Assembly: GCA_035540755.1 (NCBI GenBank) | Contig: DATLGD010000223.1 | Location: 152 to 64,151 of the forward strand | Length of the DNA: 64,000 nt | From: Mycobacteriales bacterium | GTDB taxonomy: Bacteria; Actinomycetota; Actinomycetes; Mycobacteriales; SCTD01 | Direction of reading: 5' to 3' | Shown: positions 9,753 to 19,221 of the stretch, piece after piece | How the letters are laid out: every line of letters starts with the position of its first letter | Numbering within the stretch: the first letter of the stretch is position 1 | The notes under the pieces: model-generated | What the model was told of the DNA's origin: nothing | Database searches by the model: none | What the model saw: the letters and a program-made list of their open reading frames with translations, nothing else | Position numbers and translations under genes: made by a program

Positions 9753-10678
9753 GCCCGCAGCGCCTTGCCGGTGAGGTCGAGGAAGACGTCCTCGAGCGTG
9801 CGCGTCTCGACCCGCAGGTCGTCGGCGTAGACGCCGTTGGTGGCGCACCAGGCCGTGACCGCGGCGAGCAGCTGCGGGTCGACCGGCCCCTCGACCAGGT
9901 ACTGCCCGGCCGGGGACTCCTTGGCCAGGCACCCCTCGGGCAGCGCCGACAGGAGCTGCTCGAGGTCGAGCCCCGGCTTCGCCCGGAAGCGCAGCTGTCC
10001 GGCGGCGCCGTGCCGGGTCAGCTCGGCGACGGTGCCCTGCGCCACGAGGCGCCCCGCGTCGAGGACGACGACGTCGTCGGCGAGGCGCTCGGCCTCGTCC
10101 ATGAGGTGCGTGGTGAGCACGACCGTGACGCCGTCGGCGCGCAGCGCCTCGACGAGCTCCCAGGTGGCGCGCCGCGCCTGCGGGTCGAGCCCGGCGGTCG
10201 GCTCGTCGAGGAAGACCAGCTCGGGCCGCCCGACCACGGCCATCGCGAGGGAGAGCCGCTGCTGCTGGCCGCCGGACAGCCGCCGGCAGGCGGTGCGCTC
10301 GACCTCGAGCAGCCCGAGCCGCTCGAGCAGCATCCCGGGCTCGAGCGGGCGGGCCGAGAAGGAGGCCACCAGGCGCAGCGCCTCGCCGCAGCGCAGCCCT
10401 GGGTAGGTGCCGCCGGCCTGCGGCATCACCCCGACCCGGGCGCGCAGCGACTGCGTGCGCGGCGGCAGGCCGAGCACCCGCACGGTGCCGGCGTCGGGCT
10501 CGCGGAAGCCCTCGCAGATCTCGACAGTGGTCGTCTTGCCGGCGCCGTTCGGACCGAGCACGGCGAGCACGCGACCGCGGCGGGCGGCCAGCGAGAGCCC
10601 GTCGACAGCGGTGCGGGCGCCGCCGGGCGTCCGGTAGCGCTTGACCAGGCCGTCGACCTCCAGGGCGAGGTCGGTCAC
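9749..10678 (-). CDS. ABC transporter ATP-binding protein
   Basis: In ORF 9749..10786 from GTG 10678 (VTDLALEVDGLVKRY). Walker A GPNGAGKTT, signature LSGGQQQRL, Walker B LVFLDEPTAGLD. Confidence 0.9.
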   Translation of the reverse strand: MTDLALEVDGLVKRYRTPGGARTAVDGLSLAARRGRVLAVLGPNGAGKTTTVEICEGFREPDAGTVRVLGLPPRTQSLRARVGVMPQAGGTYPGLRCGEALRLVASFSARPLEPGMLLERLGLLEVERTACRRLSGGQQQRLSLAMAVVGRPELVFLDEPTAGLDPQARRATWELVEALRADGVTVVLTTHLMDEAERLADDVVVLDAGRLVAQGTVAELTRHGAAGQLRFRAKPGLDLEQLLSALPEGCLAKESPAGQYLVEGPVDPQLLAAVTAWCATNGVYADDLRVETRTLEDVFLDLTGKALRA

Positions 10679-10791
10679 GGCCCCCAGCCTACGGGCGCGC
10701 GCGACGGGACGCCGCCGGGTGAGGGTGCCCTGCGTGCGGCAGGTCACGCCCTGGCCCCCCGGGCCCGGTTCGACCTCCGGATGCATTTACG

Positions 10792-10805
10792 CAACACTGG
10801 TGTTG
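10792..10805. promoter_or_regulatory. candidate SufR operator, perfect inverted repeat CAACAC-TG-GTGTTG (CAAC-N6-GTTG)
   Basis: Read directly at 10792-10805, in the divergent region between the ABC ATPase gene and sufR. It matches the CAAC-N6-GTTG inverted repeat I recall being reported for SufR repressors. Confidence 0.55.
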
Positions 10806-11527
10806 TGGATTACGTGGATGCGACGACGACGAAGGCGCCCAGCGCCGACGCGCGCACCCGTGACCGCGTCCGTGACCTGCTCCTCGAGCTCGGCCCCTCC
10901 ACCGCCGCGGTCCTGGGCGAGCGGCTGGGCTTGTCGGTGCCCGGCGTCCGGCGCCACCTCGACGCCCTCGTGGCCGCCGGCACGGTCACGGCGACCGAGC
11001 CGCGCCGGCACGCCGTCCGCGGCCGGGGGCGACCCGCCCGCCGGTTCGCCCTGACCGACGCCGGTCACGCCGCCGGGCCCTCGGCCTACGACGACCTCGC
11101 CGCCAGCGCCCTGCGCTTCCTCGCCGAGGCGGCGGGGGAGGGCTCCGTGGAGCAGTTCGCCGCCGCCCGGGCGGGCGAGATCGAGCGCCGCTACCGCGAC
11201 CGGGTCGGCACCGTCGCCACCGCCGACCGGCCGGCCGCCCTGGCGGAGGCGCTGACCGACGACGGGTACGCCGCGACCGTCGAGGCCTCGTCCGGACCCG
11301 GCCCCGCCGGCGTGCAGCTGTGCCAGCACCACTGCCCGGTGCAGCACGTGGCCGAGCAGTTCCCGCAGCTGTGCGAGGCCGAGACCGCCGCGCTCGGCAG
11401 GCTGCTCGGCACCCACGTCCAGCGGCTCGCCACGATCGCTCACGGCGACGGCGTCTGCACCCTGCACGTGCCGCCCGCCGCCTCCAGCACAGCCTCCAGC
11501 ACCGACGACGTGAGGACCTCCCCATGA
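10805..11527 (+). CDS. sufR: SufR-type transcriptional regulator of the suf operon (start uncertain: 10781, 10805 or 10814)
   Basis: Tail of ORF 10010..11527. Winged-helix region ([38 protein letters not shown]) and a C-terminal Cys cluster (CQHHCPV...LCEAE...GDGVC). ATGA overlap with sufB. Confidence 0.8.
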   Translation: MDYVDATTTKAPSADARTRDRVRDLLLELGPSTAAVLGERLGLSVPGVRRHLDALVAAGTVTATEPRRHAVRGRGRPARRFALTDAGHAAGPSAYDDLAASALRFLAEAAGEGSVEQFAAARAGEIERRYRDRVGTVATADRPAALAEALTDDGYAATVEASSGPGPAGVQLCQHHCPVQHVAEQFPQLCEAETAALGRLLGTHVQRLATIAHGDGVCTLHVPPAASSTASSTDDVRTSP

Positions 11528-12939
11528 CCACCGCTCAGACCGCAGTCGACGCGATCGGCATCGGCGGCTACGAGTTCGGCTGGGCCGACTCCGACGTCGC
11601 GGGCGCCGCTGCCAAGCGAGGCCTGAACGAGGACGTCGTCCGCGACATCTCGGCCAAGAAGAGCGAGCCCGAGTGGATGCTCGCGATGCGCCTCAAGGGC
11701 CTGAAGCTGTTCGAGAAGAAGCCCATGCCGACCTGGGGGTCGGACCTGTCGGGCATCGACTTCGACAACATCAAGTACTTCGTGCGCACCTCGGAGAAGC
11801 AGGCGACCTCCTGGGAGGAGCTGCCCGAGGACATCAAGAACACCTACGACAAGCTCGGCATCCCGGAGGCCGAGAAGCAGCGCCTGGTCGCCGGCGTCGC
11901 GGCGCAGTACGAGTCCGAGGTCGTCTACCACTCGATCCGGCAGGACCTCGAGGAGAAGGGCGTCCTGTTCCTCGACACCGACACCGCGCTGAAGGAGCAC
12001 CCGGACCTGTTCCGCGAGTACTTCGGCTCGGTCATCCCGGTGGGCGACAACAAGTTCGCCGCGCTGAACACCGCGGTGTGGTCCGGCGGGTCGTTCATCT
12101 ACGTGCCGCCGGGAGTGAAGGTCGACATCCCGCTGCAGGCCTACTTCCGCATCAACACCGAGAACATGGGTCAGTTCGAGCGGACGCTGATCATCGCCGA
12201 CGAGGGCTCCTCGGTGCACTACGTCGAGGGCTGCACCGCGCCGATCTACAGCTCGGACAGCCTGCACTCGGCGGTCGTCGAGATCATCGTCAAGAAGGAC
12301 GCGCACGTCCGGTACACGACCATCCAGAACTGGTCGAACAACGTCTACAACCTGGTCACCAAGCGCACCGCCGTGCACGAGGGCGGCCGGATGGAGTGGG
12401 TCGACGGCAACATCGGCTCCAAGGTCACCATGAAGTACCCGGCCTGCTACCTGCTCGGCGAGCGGGCCGTCGGCGAGACGCTGTCGATCGCCTTCGCCGG
12501 CGAGGGCCAGCACCAGGACGCCGGCGCGAAGATGGTGCACGCCGCGCCGAACACGACGAGCAACATCGTCAGCAAGTCCGTCGCCCGTGGTGGCGGCCGC
12601 ACCTCCTATCGCGGCCTGGTGCAGGTGCAGGAGGGAGCCACCGGCTCGAGGAGCAGCGTCGTCTGCGACGCGCTGCTGGTCGACACCATCAGCCGGTCCG
12701 ACACCTACCCCTACGTCGACGTCCGCGAGGACGACGTGTCCCTGGGCCACGAGGCCACGGTGAGCAAGGTCGGGGAGGATCAGCTCTTCTACCTCATGAG
12801 CCGCGGCCTGTCCGAGGAGGAGGCCATGGCGATGGTCGTGCGCGGCTTCGTCGAGCCGATCGCCAAGGAGCTCCCGATGGAGTACGCGCTCGAGCTCAAC
12901 CGCCTCATCGAGCTGCAGATGGAGGGTTCCGTTGGCTAG
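11524..12939 (+). CDS. sufB: Fe-S cluster assembly scaffold SufB (no intein)
   Basis: From ATG 11524 in ORF 11320..12939. Highly conserved SufB sequence ([42 protein letters not shown]). 471 aa, so it lacks the mycobacterial intein. Confidence 0.95.
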   Translation: MTTAQTAVDAIGIGGYEFGWADSDVAGAAAKRGLNEDVVRDISAKKSEPEWMLAMRLKGLKLFEKKPMPTWGSDLSGIDFDNIKYFVRTSEKQATSWEELPEDIKNTYDKLGIPEAEKQRLVAGVAAQYESEVVYHSIRQDLEEKGVLFLDTDTALKEHPDLFREYFGSVIPVGDNKFAALNTAVWSGGSFIYVPPGVKVDIPLQAYFRINTENMGQFERTLIIADEGSSVHYVEGCTAPIYSSDSLHSAVVEIIVKKDAHVRYTTIQNWSNNVYNLVTKRTAVHEGGRMEWVDGNIGSKVTMKYPACYLLGERAVGETLSIAFAGEGQHQDAGAKMVHAAPNTTSNIVSKSVARGGGRTSYRGLVQVQEGATGSRSSVVCDALLVDTISRSDTYPYVDVREDDVSLGHEATVSKVGEDQLFYLMSRGLSEEEAMAMVVRGFVEPIAKELPMEYALELNRLIELQMEGSVG

Positions 12940-14188
12940 CTCGTCGTCGATGGCCGACGCGCTCTCGACCGAGCGCGCGGCCCTGAAGGAGACCGGCGGC
13001 ATCACCGACGGCTCCGTGGCCGTCGGCGTGAAGCCCTCGACGCCGCGCCAGCCGGCGGACGTCCGCCCGGAGCGCACCCGCTCCTTCGACGTCGAGGCGT
13101 TCCCGGTGCCCACCGGCCGCGAGGAGGAGTGGCGCTTCACGCCGCTCGACCGCTTCCGCGTGCTGCTCGACGGCGCGCCGTCGGACGCCCACCTCGACGT
13201 CGTCGCCGACCTGCCGGCCGGTGTCGAGCTCGTCACCGTCGACGCCGACGACCCGCTGCGCGGCGAGCTGCCGCTGCCGATCGACCGGCTCGCCGCGCTC
13301 GCCCTGGCCCGCTCGAGCGGCTCGCTGGTCCTGCGGGTGCCGAAGGGCGCCGAGGTCGACACGCCCGTCGTGCTCACGCTGAACGGCACCCGCGGCGACG
13401 ACGTCGTCTGGGCCTCGATCGTGCTCGACGTCGCCGAGCAGGCCCGCGTCACGGTCGTGCTCGAGCACACTGGCAGCGCGCGGTACGCCGCCGCCGTCAG
13501 CGTGCTCGTCGGCGACGGCGCCGCCCTCGACCTCGTGCAGGTCAACGGCTGGGACGACGACGCCGTGCACGGTACGCACGTCGCGACCCGGCTCGGCCGC
13601 GACGCCCGCCTGCGCTCGACGTCGGTCACCTACGGCGGCTCGCTCGTGCGCGTGCACGAGACGGTCGACTACGCCGCGCCCGGCGGCGACGCCGAGCTGC
13701 GCGGCGTCGCGCTCGCCACCGACGGCCAGCACCTCGAGCACCGCCTGCTCGTCGACCACAGCGCTCCGCACTGCCGCAGCCGCGTCACCTACAAGAACGC
13801 CCTGCAGGGCGACGCCGCGCACACCGTCTGGGTCGGCGACGTCCTCATCCGGGCCGGCGCCAACGGCACCGACACCTACGAGCTCAACCGCAACCTGCTG
13901 CTCACGCCCGAGGCGCGGGCCGACTCGGTGCCGAACCTCGAGATCGAGACCGGTGAGATCGCCGGCGCCGGCCATGCCAGCGCCACCGGCCGGTTCGACG
14001 ACGAGCAGCTGTTCTACCTGCAGTCGCGCGGCATCCCGGCCGCGGTCGCGCGCCGCATGGTCGTGCGCGGCTTCTTCGCCGAGGTCGTCGAGCAGATCGG
14101 TGTCCCGGAGCTCGAGGAGCGCCTCATGGCGGAGGTCGAGCGCGAGCTCGCCCGGACCCTGTCGGCCGGGGCGGAGGCGCAGCAGTGA
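12932..14188 (+). CDS. sufD: Fe-S cluster assembly protein SufD
   Basis: ORF 12932..14188. TTG start 5 nt after GGAGGG. SufD-like beta-helix repeats and C-terminal [14 protein letters not shown]. Confidence 0.9.
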   Translation: MASSSSMADALSTERAALKETGGITDGSVAVGVKPSTPRQPADVRPERTRSFDVEAFPVPTGREEEWRFTPLDRFRVLLDGAPSDAHLDVVADLPAGVELVTVDADDPLRGELPLPIDRLAALALARSSGSLVLRVPKGAEVDTPVVLTLNGTRGDDVVWASIVLDVAEQARVTVVLEHTGSARYAAAVSVLVGDGAALDLVQVNGWDDDAVHGTHVATRLGRDARLRSTSVTYGGSLVRVHETVDYAAPGGDAELRGVALATDGQHLEHRLLVDHSAPHCRSRVTYKNALQGDAAHTVWVGDVLIRAGANGTDTYELNRNLLLTPEARADSVPNLEIETGEIAGAGHASATGRFDDEQLFYLQSRGIPAAVARRMVVRGFFAEVVEQIGVPELEERLMAEVERELARTLSAGAEAQQ

Positions 14189-14499
14189 GCGAGCGCGTCG
14201 CGTCCCTGTCCGACCTCGCCGACGACACCGCCGTCCGCGTCAAGGTCGGCGGCACCCCGGTGTGCCTGGCCAGGAGCGGCGGCGAGGTGTTCGCCGTCCA
14301 CGACGTGTGCTCGCACGCCGATGTCGCGCTGTCCGAGGGCGACGTCGAGGACGGCACCGTCGAGTGCTGGCTGCACGGCTCGCGCTTCGACCTGCGTACC
14401 GGCGCACCCACCGGACTGCCGGCCACCAAGCCCGTGGCCACCTACCCCGTGACGATCGAGGGCGACGACGTCCTCGTAGATGTGGAGAGCCCTTCATGA
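14185..14499 (+). CDS. Rieske [2Fe-2S] ferredoxin-like protein embedded in the suf operon
   Basis: ORF 14185..14499. Rieske ligand motifs CSH (VCSHADV) and CWLHG (ECWLHGSRF). GTGA overlap with sufD and ATGA overlap with sufC. Confidence 0.8.
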   Translation: MSERVASLSDLADDTAVRVKVGGTPVCLARSGGEVFAVHDVCSHADVALSEGDVEDGTVECWLHGSRFDLRTGAPTGLPATKPVATYPVTIEGDDVLVDVESPS

Positions 14500-15329
14500 C
14501 CACGCCCACGAATCGCGCCGGCGGCGCTGAGCTCAGCATCCGCGGCCTCGAGGTCAGCGTCGAGGACAAGCAGATCCTGACCGGCGTCGACCTCACCGTC
14601 CGCTCCGGCGAGACGCACGCGATCATGGGTCCGAACGGCTCCGGCAAGTCGACGCTGGCGTACGCCGTCGCGGGGCACCCCAAGTACGAGGTCACCGGCG
14701 GCAGCATCACTCTCGACGGCGAGGACGTCCTCGAGATGAGCGTCGACGAGCGCGCCCGCGCCGGCCTGTTCCTCGCCATGCAGTACCCGGTCGAGGTGCC
14801 CGGCGTGAGCGTCTCCAACTTCCTGCGCAGTGCCGCCACCGCCGTCCGCGGCGAGGCGCCCAAGCTGCGGCTGTGGGTCAAGGAGCAGAAGGAGGCCATG
14901 GCCCGCCTCGAGATGGACCCCGCCTTCGCCGAGCGCAACGTCAACGAGGGCTTCTCCGGCGGTGAGAAGAAGCGGCACGAGATCCTCCAGCTCGAGCTGC
15001 TCCAGCCGAAGATCGCCGTCCTCGACGAGACCGACTCCGGCCTCGACGTCGACGCGCTGCGCGTCGTGTCCGAAGGCGTGAACCGGGTTCGCGCGACCGG
15101 CGACACCGGTGTCCTGCTCATCACCCACTACACCCGGATCCTGCGCTACATCGAGCCCGACTTCGTGCACGTCTTCGTCAAGGGACGGATCGCCGAGCAG
15201 GGCGGCAAGGAGCTCGCCGACGAGCTCGAGGCCCACGGTTACGCCAAGTACGGCGCCGACGCCGCGGCCCCCGCCGGCCGCCAGCTGCCCACCGGCCCCG
15301 TCCTCCCCGGAGCCGTGACCCCCGCATGA
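14496..15329 (+). CDS. sufC: Fe-S cluster assembly ATPase SufC
   Basis: From ATG 14496 in ORF 13953..15329. Walker [10 protein letters not shown], signature FSGGEKKR, Walker [12 protein letters not shown]. Confidence 0.95.
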   Translation: MTTPTNRAGGAELSIRGLEVSVEDKQILTGVDLTVRSGETHAIMGPNGSGKSTLAYAVAGHPKYEVTGGSITLDGEDVLEMSVDERARAGLFLAMQYPVEVPGVSVSNFLRSAATAVRGEAPKLRLWVKEQKEAMARLEMDPAFAERNVNEGFSGGEKKRHEILQLELLQPKIAVLDETDSGLDVDALRVVSEGVNRVRATGDTGVLLITHYTRILRYIEPDFVHVFVKGRIAEQGGKELADELEAHGYAKYGADAAAPAGRQLPTGPVLPGAVTPA

Positions 15330-16609
15330 CGACTGTGGCCCCCGGAGCCCTCGCGGTCGAGCCCTTCGACGTCGAGGCGGTCCGCCGCGACTTCCCGGTG
15401 CTCGCGCGCGAGGTCAACGGGCGGCCGCTGGTCTACCTCGACAACGCCTCCAGCTCGCACAAGCCGGTGCAGGTGCTCGACGCCGAGCGCGCCTTCGTCG
15501 AGCAGCACTACAGCAACGTGCACCGTGGCGTGCACACGCTGTCGCAGGAGGCCACCGACGCCTACGAGGCGGCCCGCGCCACCCTCGCGCGCTTCATCGG
15601 CGCACCGGACCCGCGCGGCGTCGTGTTCACCAAGAACGTCACCGAGGCCGTGAACCTGGTCGCCTACTCGATGGGCAACGCCGCGGCCGGGTCGCGCTTC
15701 GCCCTCGGCCCCGGCGACGAGATCTGCGTCACCGAGATGGAGCACCACTCCAACCTCGTGCCGTGGCAGATGCTCTGCGAGCGCACCGGCGCCACCCTGC
15801 GCTGGCTCCCGCTCACCGACGACGGCCGGCTCGACCTCACCGAGCTCGACTCGCTGGTGAACGAGCGGACCAGGGTGCTGGCGTTCGTGCACCAGAGCAA
15901 CATCCTCGGCACGGTCAACCCCGTCGACGTGCTGGTGGCCCGGGCGCGAGAGGTCGGTGCGCTGGTCTTCCTCGACGCCGCGCAGTCGGTGCCCAACCTG
16001 CCGTTCGACGTCACGCAGATCGGCGCAGACTTCGTCGGCTTCACCGGGCACAAGCTGCTCGGGCCCTCCGGCGTCGGCGTGCTCTGGGCCCGGCCCGAGC
16101 TGCTCGACCAGATGCCGCCGTTCCTCGGCGGCGGCTCGATGATCGAGGTGGTCTCGATGGGCGGCTCCACCTACGCCCCGGCCCCCGAGCGGTTCGAGGC
16201 GGGCACCCCGGTCATCAGCCAGGCCGTCGCGCTGGCCGCGGCGTGCGACTACCTCACCACCGTGGGCCTGGACCGGATCGCACTGCACGAGGCCTCCCTG
16301 ACGCACCGCCTGCTCGAGGGGCTGCGCGGCGTGCGCGGCGTGCGCGTCGTCGGGCCGGACTCGCTCGAGTCCCGCGGCTCGGCGGTCAGCTTCGTCGTCG
16401 ACGGCGTGCACCCGCACGACGTCGGCCAGTCGCTCGACGACCTCGGCATCGCCGTCCGGGTCGGCCACCACTGCGCCGCGCCGGTCTGCAAGCGCTACGG
16501 CGTGCCGGCGACGGCCCGCGCGTCGAGCTACCTCTACAACACGCACGCCGAGATCGACGCGCTCGTCGAGGGCCTCGAGCAGGTCAAGAGCTTCTGGGGC
16601 GCTGGATGA
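15326..16609 (+). CDS. sufS: cysteine desulfurase SufS/Csd (class V aminotransferase)
   Basis: ORF 15326..16609. PLP-lysine region [11 protein letters not shown], catalytic-loop [15 protein letters not shown]-terminus. Confidence 0.9.
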   Translation: MTTVAPGALAVEPFDVEAVRRDFPVLAREVNGRPLVYLDNASSSHKPVQVLDAERAFVEQHYSNVHRGVHTLSQEATDAYEAARATLARFIGAPDPRGVVFTKNVTEAVNLVAYSMGNAAAGSRFALGPGDEICVTEMEHHSNLVPWQMLCERTGATLRWLPLTDDGRLDLTELDSLVNERTRVLAFVHQSNILGTVNPVDVLVARAREVGALVFLDAAQSVPNLPFDVTQIGADFVGFTGHKLLGPSGVGVLWARPELLDQMPPFLGGGSMIEVVSMGGSTYAPAPERFEAGTPVISQAVALAAACDYLTTVGLDRIALHEASLTHRLLEGLRGVRGVRVVGPDSLESRGSAVSFVVDGVHPHDVGQSLDDLGIAVRVGHHCAAPVCKRYGVPATARASSYLYNTHAEIDALVEGLEQVKSFWGAG

Positions 16610-17076
16610 GCGAGTCCATGTACCAGGAGATCATCCTCGACCACTACCGCAACCCGCACCACAGGGGCCTGCGGGGCGACCTCGGCGACCCCGGCGTCGT
16701 CGAGGTGCACCACGTCAACCCGACCTGCGGCGACGAGGTGACGCTGCGGGTGAAGCTGGCCGACGGAACGGTGGAGGACGTCTCCTACGACGGCGCCGGG
16801 TGCTCGATCAGCCAGGCGTCGACGTCGGTCATGACCGATCTCGTCATCGGACAGCCGGTCGACGTGGGCCTGGCGAAGTCCGAGGCGTTCCTCGCGCTCA
16901 TGCAGAGCCGCGGGACGGTCGAGCCGGACGAGGACGTGCTCGAGGACGGCATCGCCTTCGCGGGGGTATCGCGGTACCCGGCGCGCGTCAAGTGCGCGCT
17001 GCTCGGGTGGATGGCGTGGAAAGACGCCGTCGCGCAGGCGACGGCGCAGGCAGCACAGCCGGAGGAGACCCGATGA
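16606..17076 (+). CDS. sufU: SufU/NifU-like sulfur acceptor
   Basis: From ATG 16606 ([19 protein letters not shown]). Conserved NPTCGD, GCSISQAS and RVKCALL motifs. ATGA overlap with sufS. Confidence 0.9.
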   Translation: MSESMYQEIILDHYRNPHHRGLRGDLGDPGVVEVHHVNPTCGDEVTLRVKLADGTVEDVSYDGAGCSISQASTSVMTDLVIGQPVDVGLAKSEAFLALMQSRGTVEPDEDVLEDGIAFAGVSRYPARVKCALLGWMAWKDAVAQATAQAAQPEETR

Positions 17077-17444
17077 CCGACAGCACCGAGCCCCCCGCGC
17101 CCAAGGTGCTCGACACGCCCACCGCCGGCAGCACGCTGCCGAGCGAGGACGACGTCGTCGAGGCGATGAAGGACGTCGTCGACCCCGAGCTCGGCATCAA
17201 CGTCGTCGACCTCGGCCTGGTGTACGGCGCGCACGTGAATGCCGACCGCACCGTGACGCTGGACATGACGCTGACCTCGGCGGCGTGCCCGCTCACCGAC
17301 GTCATCGAGGACCAGACCCGGACAGCGCTCGGCCCCTGGGTCGACGACGTGCACATCAACTGGGTGTGGATGCCGCCATGGGGCCCGGACAAGATCACCG
17401 ATGACGGCCGCGACCAGCTGAGGGCGCTCGGCTTCAACGTCTGA
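17073..17444 (+). CDS. sufT: DUF59/SufT-like Fe-S assembly protein
   Basis: From ATG 17073. VVDPELGINVVDLGLVY and LTSAACPL are DUF59 hallmarks. ATGA overlap with sufU. Confidence 0.8.
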   Translation: MTDSTEPPAPKVLDTPTAGSTLPSEDDVVEAMKDVVDPELGINVVDLGLVYGAHVNADRTVTLDMTLTSAACPLTDVIEDQTRTALGPWVDDVHINWVWMPPWGPDKITDDGRDQLRALGFNV

Positions 17445-17481
17445 CGGAGACGACCGGTCGGTCAGGGGGCACCATCTGACG

Positions 17482-19221
17482 GTGGCCCCCGCGACCGATC
17501 CGCCCGTGCCCGTGCCCGAGCCCGTGCCCGGGCTGGTCGTCGGCCCGCTGCTGCGGTACGCCGACCGCACGACAGCGACCGTCTGGGTCGAGACGTCCGG
17601 GCCGGCGGAGATGCAGGTGCACGGGCGGTCGACCCGCACCTTCGAGGTCGAGGGTCACCACTACGGCTACCTCGTCGTCGACGAGCTCGAGCCCGGGACG
17701 GACGTGCCGTACGACGTCCGCCTCGACGGCGTGCGCGTCTGGCCCCGGGACGACGACCCGCGCCCCGCGCCCCGGCTGCGCACGCTGCCGGACGGCGAGC
17801 CGGTCGACATCGTCTTCGGCAGCTGCCGCGCCGACCGGCCACACGAGGACCCGTGGACGCGCACGGTCGACGAGCACCCGGACGGCGTCGGCGTCGACGC
17901 GCTGCAGGCGCTCGCGCTGGCGCTGCAGGCGGGCGAGCGGGCGCTGCCGGACCTGCTGCTGATGCTCGGCGACCAGGTGTACGCCGACGAGGGCGTGTCG
18001 CCGCTGGTGCGGGAGAAGCAGGTCGAGCGGCGCGGCGACAGCGCGCCCCGGGGCGAGGTCGCCGACTTCGAGGAGTACACCTGGCTGTACCGCGACTCGT
18101 GGACCGACCCGGAGGTGCGGTGGCTGCTGGCCACCGTGCCGTCAGCGATGATCTTCGACGACCACGACGTGCGCGACGACTGGAACACCTCCGCGGCCTG
18201 GCGGGCCGAGATGGCGCGCACGCCGTGGTGGCGGCCGCGGATCACCGGCGCGTACATGTCGTATTGGCTCTACCAGCACCTGGGGAACCTGCCGCCGGAG
18301 CGGGTCCGGGCCGAGGGCGTCCTCGACGCCCTCCACGACGAGGGCGGTCCGGCGCTGCGCCGGTACGCCGAGCTGGCCGACGACGAGGTCGACGGCGGCA
18401 CGCTCGTGCGCTGGAGCTACGGGCGAGACCTCGGCGTCGCCCGCCTGGTCGTGGTCGACACGCGCTCCGGCCGCGTCCTCGACGAGCGGCGGCGGGCGAT
18501 GCTCAGCGACGACGAGTGGGAGCTCGTCGAGGGGTTCCTGTGCGGCGACGTCCCGCACCTGATCGTGGCGAGCAGCCTCCCGCTGGTGCTGGAGCGCTCC
18601 CTGCACGACCTCGAGCGGTGGGACGGCGCCCTGACCGGTGGCGCCTGGGGCCGGCGGTTCGCCCGGCTCGGGGAGCGGATCCGCCAGGGTGCGGACCTCG
18701 AGCACTGGGCGGCGTTCCCGGCCAGCTTCGACCGGCTGACCCGCCGGCTCGGCGAGGTCGCATCGGGGCGGCGCGGGTCCGCTCCGTCGACGGTGCTCGT
18801 GCTCTCCGGCGACGTGCACCACTCCTACGTGGCCCCGCTGCGCTTCCCCTCCCTGCCGCAGGTGCGCAGCAGCGTCGTCCAGGTCGTGAGCTCACCGCTG
18901 CGCAACGCGCTGCCACGCGCCGTCGCGCGCGGGTTCGCGGCGGCCGCGTCCCGGCCGGCGGCCGTCGTCGGCCGGCTGCTGGCGCGCAGCGTGCGACTGC
19001 CGCCCCCGGAGGTGGAGTGGGACCTCACCACCGGACCGCTGACCGGCAACGGGCTCGGTGCGCTGAGCCTGAGCGGCCGGGAGGCGCGGCTGACGCTGCA
19101 GTCAGCCGTCATGGACAGCGGCGGTCCCCGGCTCGTCGAGGTGCACCGGGAGACCTTCGGCGCAGGAGGGTCAGGGGCCGGTCTGCCTGCTTCCGAGCGG
19201 ATGCCATCCTGTCCGGCATGA
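17482..19221 (+). CDS. PhoD-like phosphatase / metallophosphoesterase-superfamily protein
   Basis: ORF 17482..19221. FGSCR, LGDQVYADE, FDDHDVRDDWN and LSGDVHHSY resemble the PhoD-like metallophosphatase motif series. Assignment by motif only. Confidence 0.6.
   Translation: MAPATDPPVPVPEPVPGLVVGPLLRYADRTTATVWVETSGPAEMQVHGRSTRTFEVEGHHYGYLVVDELEPGTDVPYDVRLDGVRVWPRDDDPRPAPRLRTLPDGEPVDIVFGSCRADRPHEDPWTRTVDEHPDGVGVDALQALALALQAGERALPDLLLMLGDQVYADEGVSPLVREKQVERRGDSAPRGEVADFEEYTWLYRDSWTDPEVRWLLATVPSAMIFDDHDVRDDWNTSAAWRAEMARTPWWRPRITGAYMSYWLYQHLGNLPPERVRAEGVLDALHDEGGPALRRYAELADDEVDGGTLVRWSYGRDLGVARLVVVDTRSGRVLDERRRAMLSDDEWELVEGFLCGDVPHLIVASSLPLVLERSLHDLERWDGALTGGAWGRRFARLGERIRQGADLEHWAAFPASFDRLTRRLGEVASGRRGSAPSTVLVLSGDVHHSYVAPLRFPSLPQVRSSVVQVVSSPLRNALPRAVARGFAAAASRPAAVVGRLLARSVRLPPPEVEWDLTTGPLTGNGLGALSLSGREARLTLQSAVMDSGGPRLVEVHRETFGAGGSGAGLPASERMPSCPA

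Noticed and set aside
11524-12939. Possible intein in SufB, as in M. tuberculosis
   Set aside because: The ORF is 471 aa and collinear with intein-less SufB. No Cys/Ser...HN splice-junction insertion is visible.
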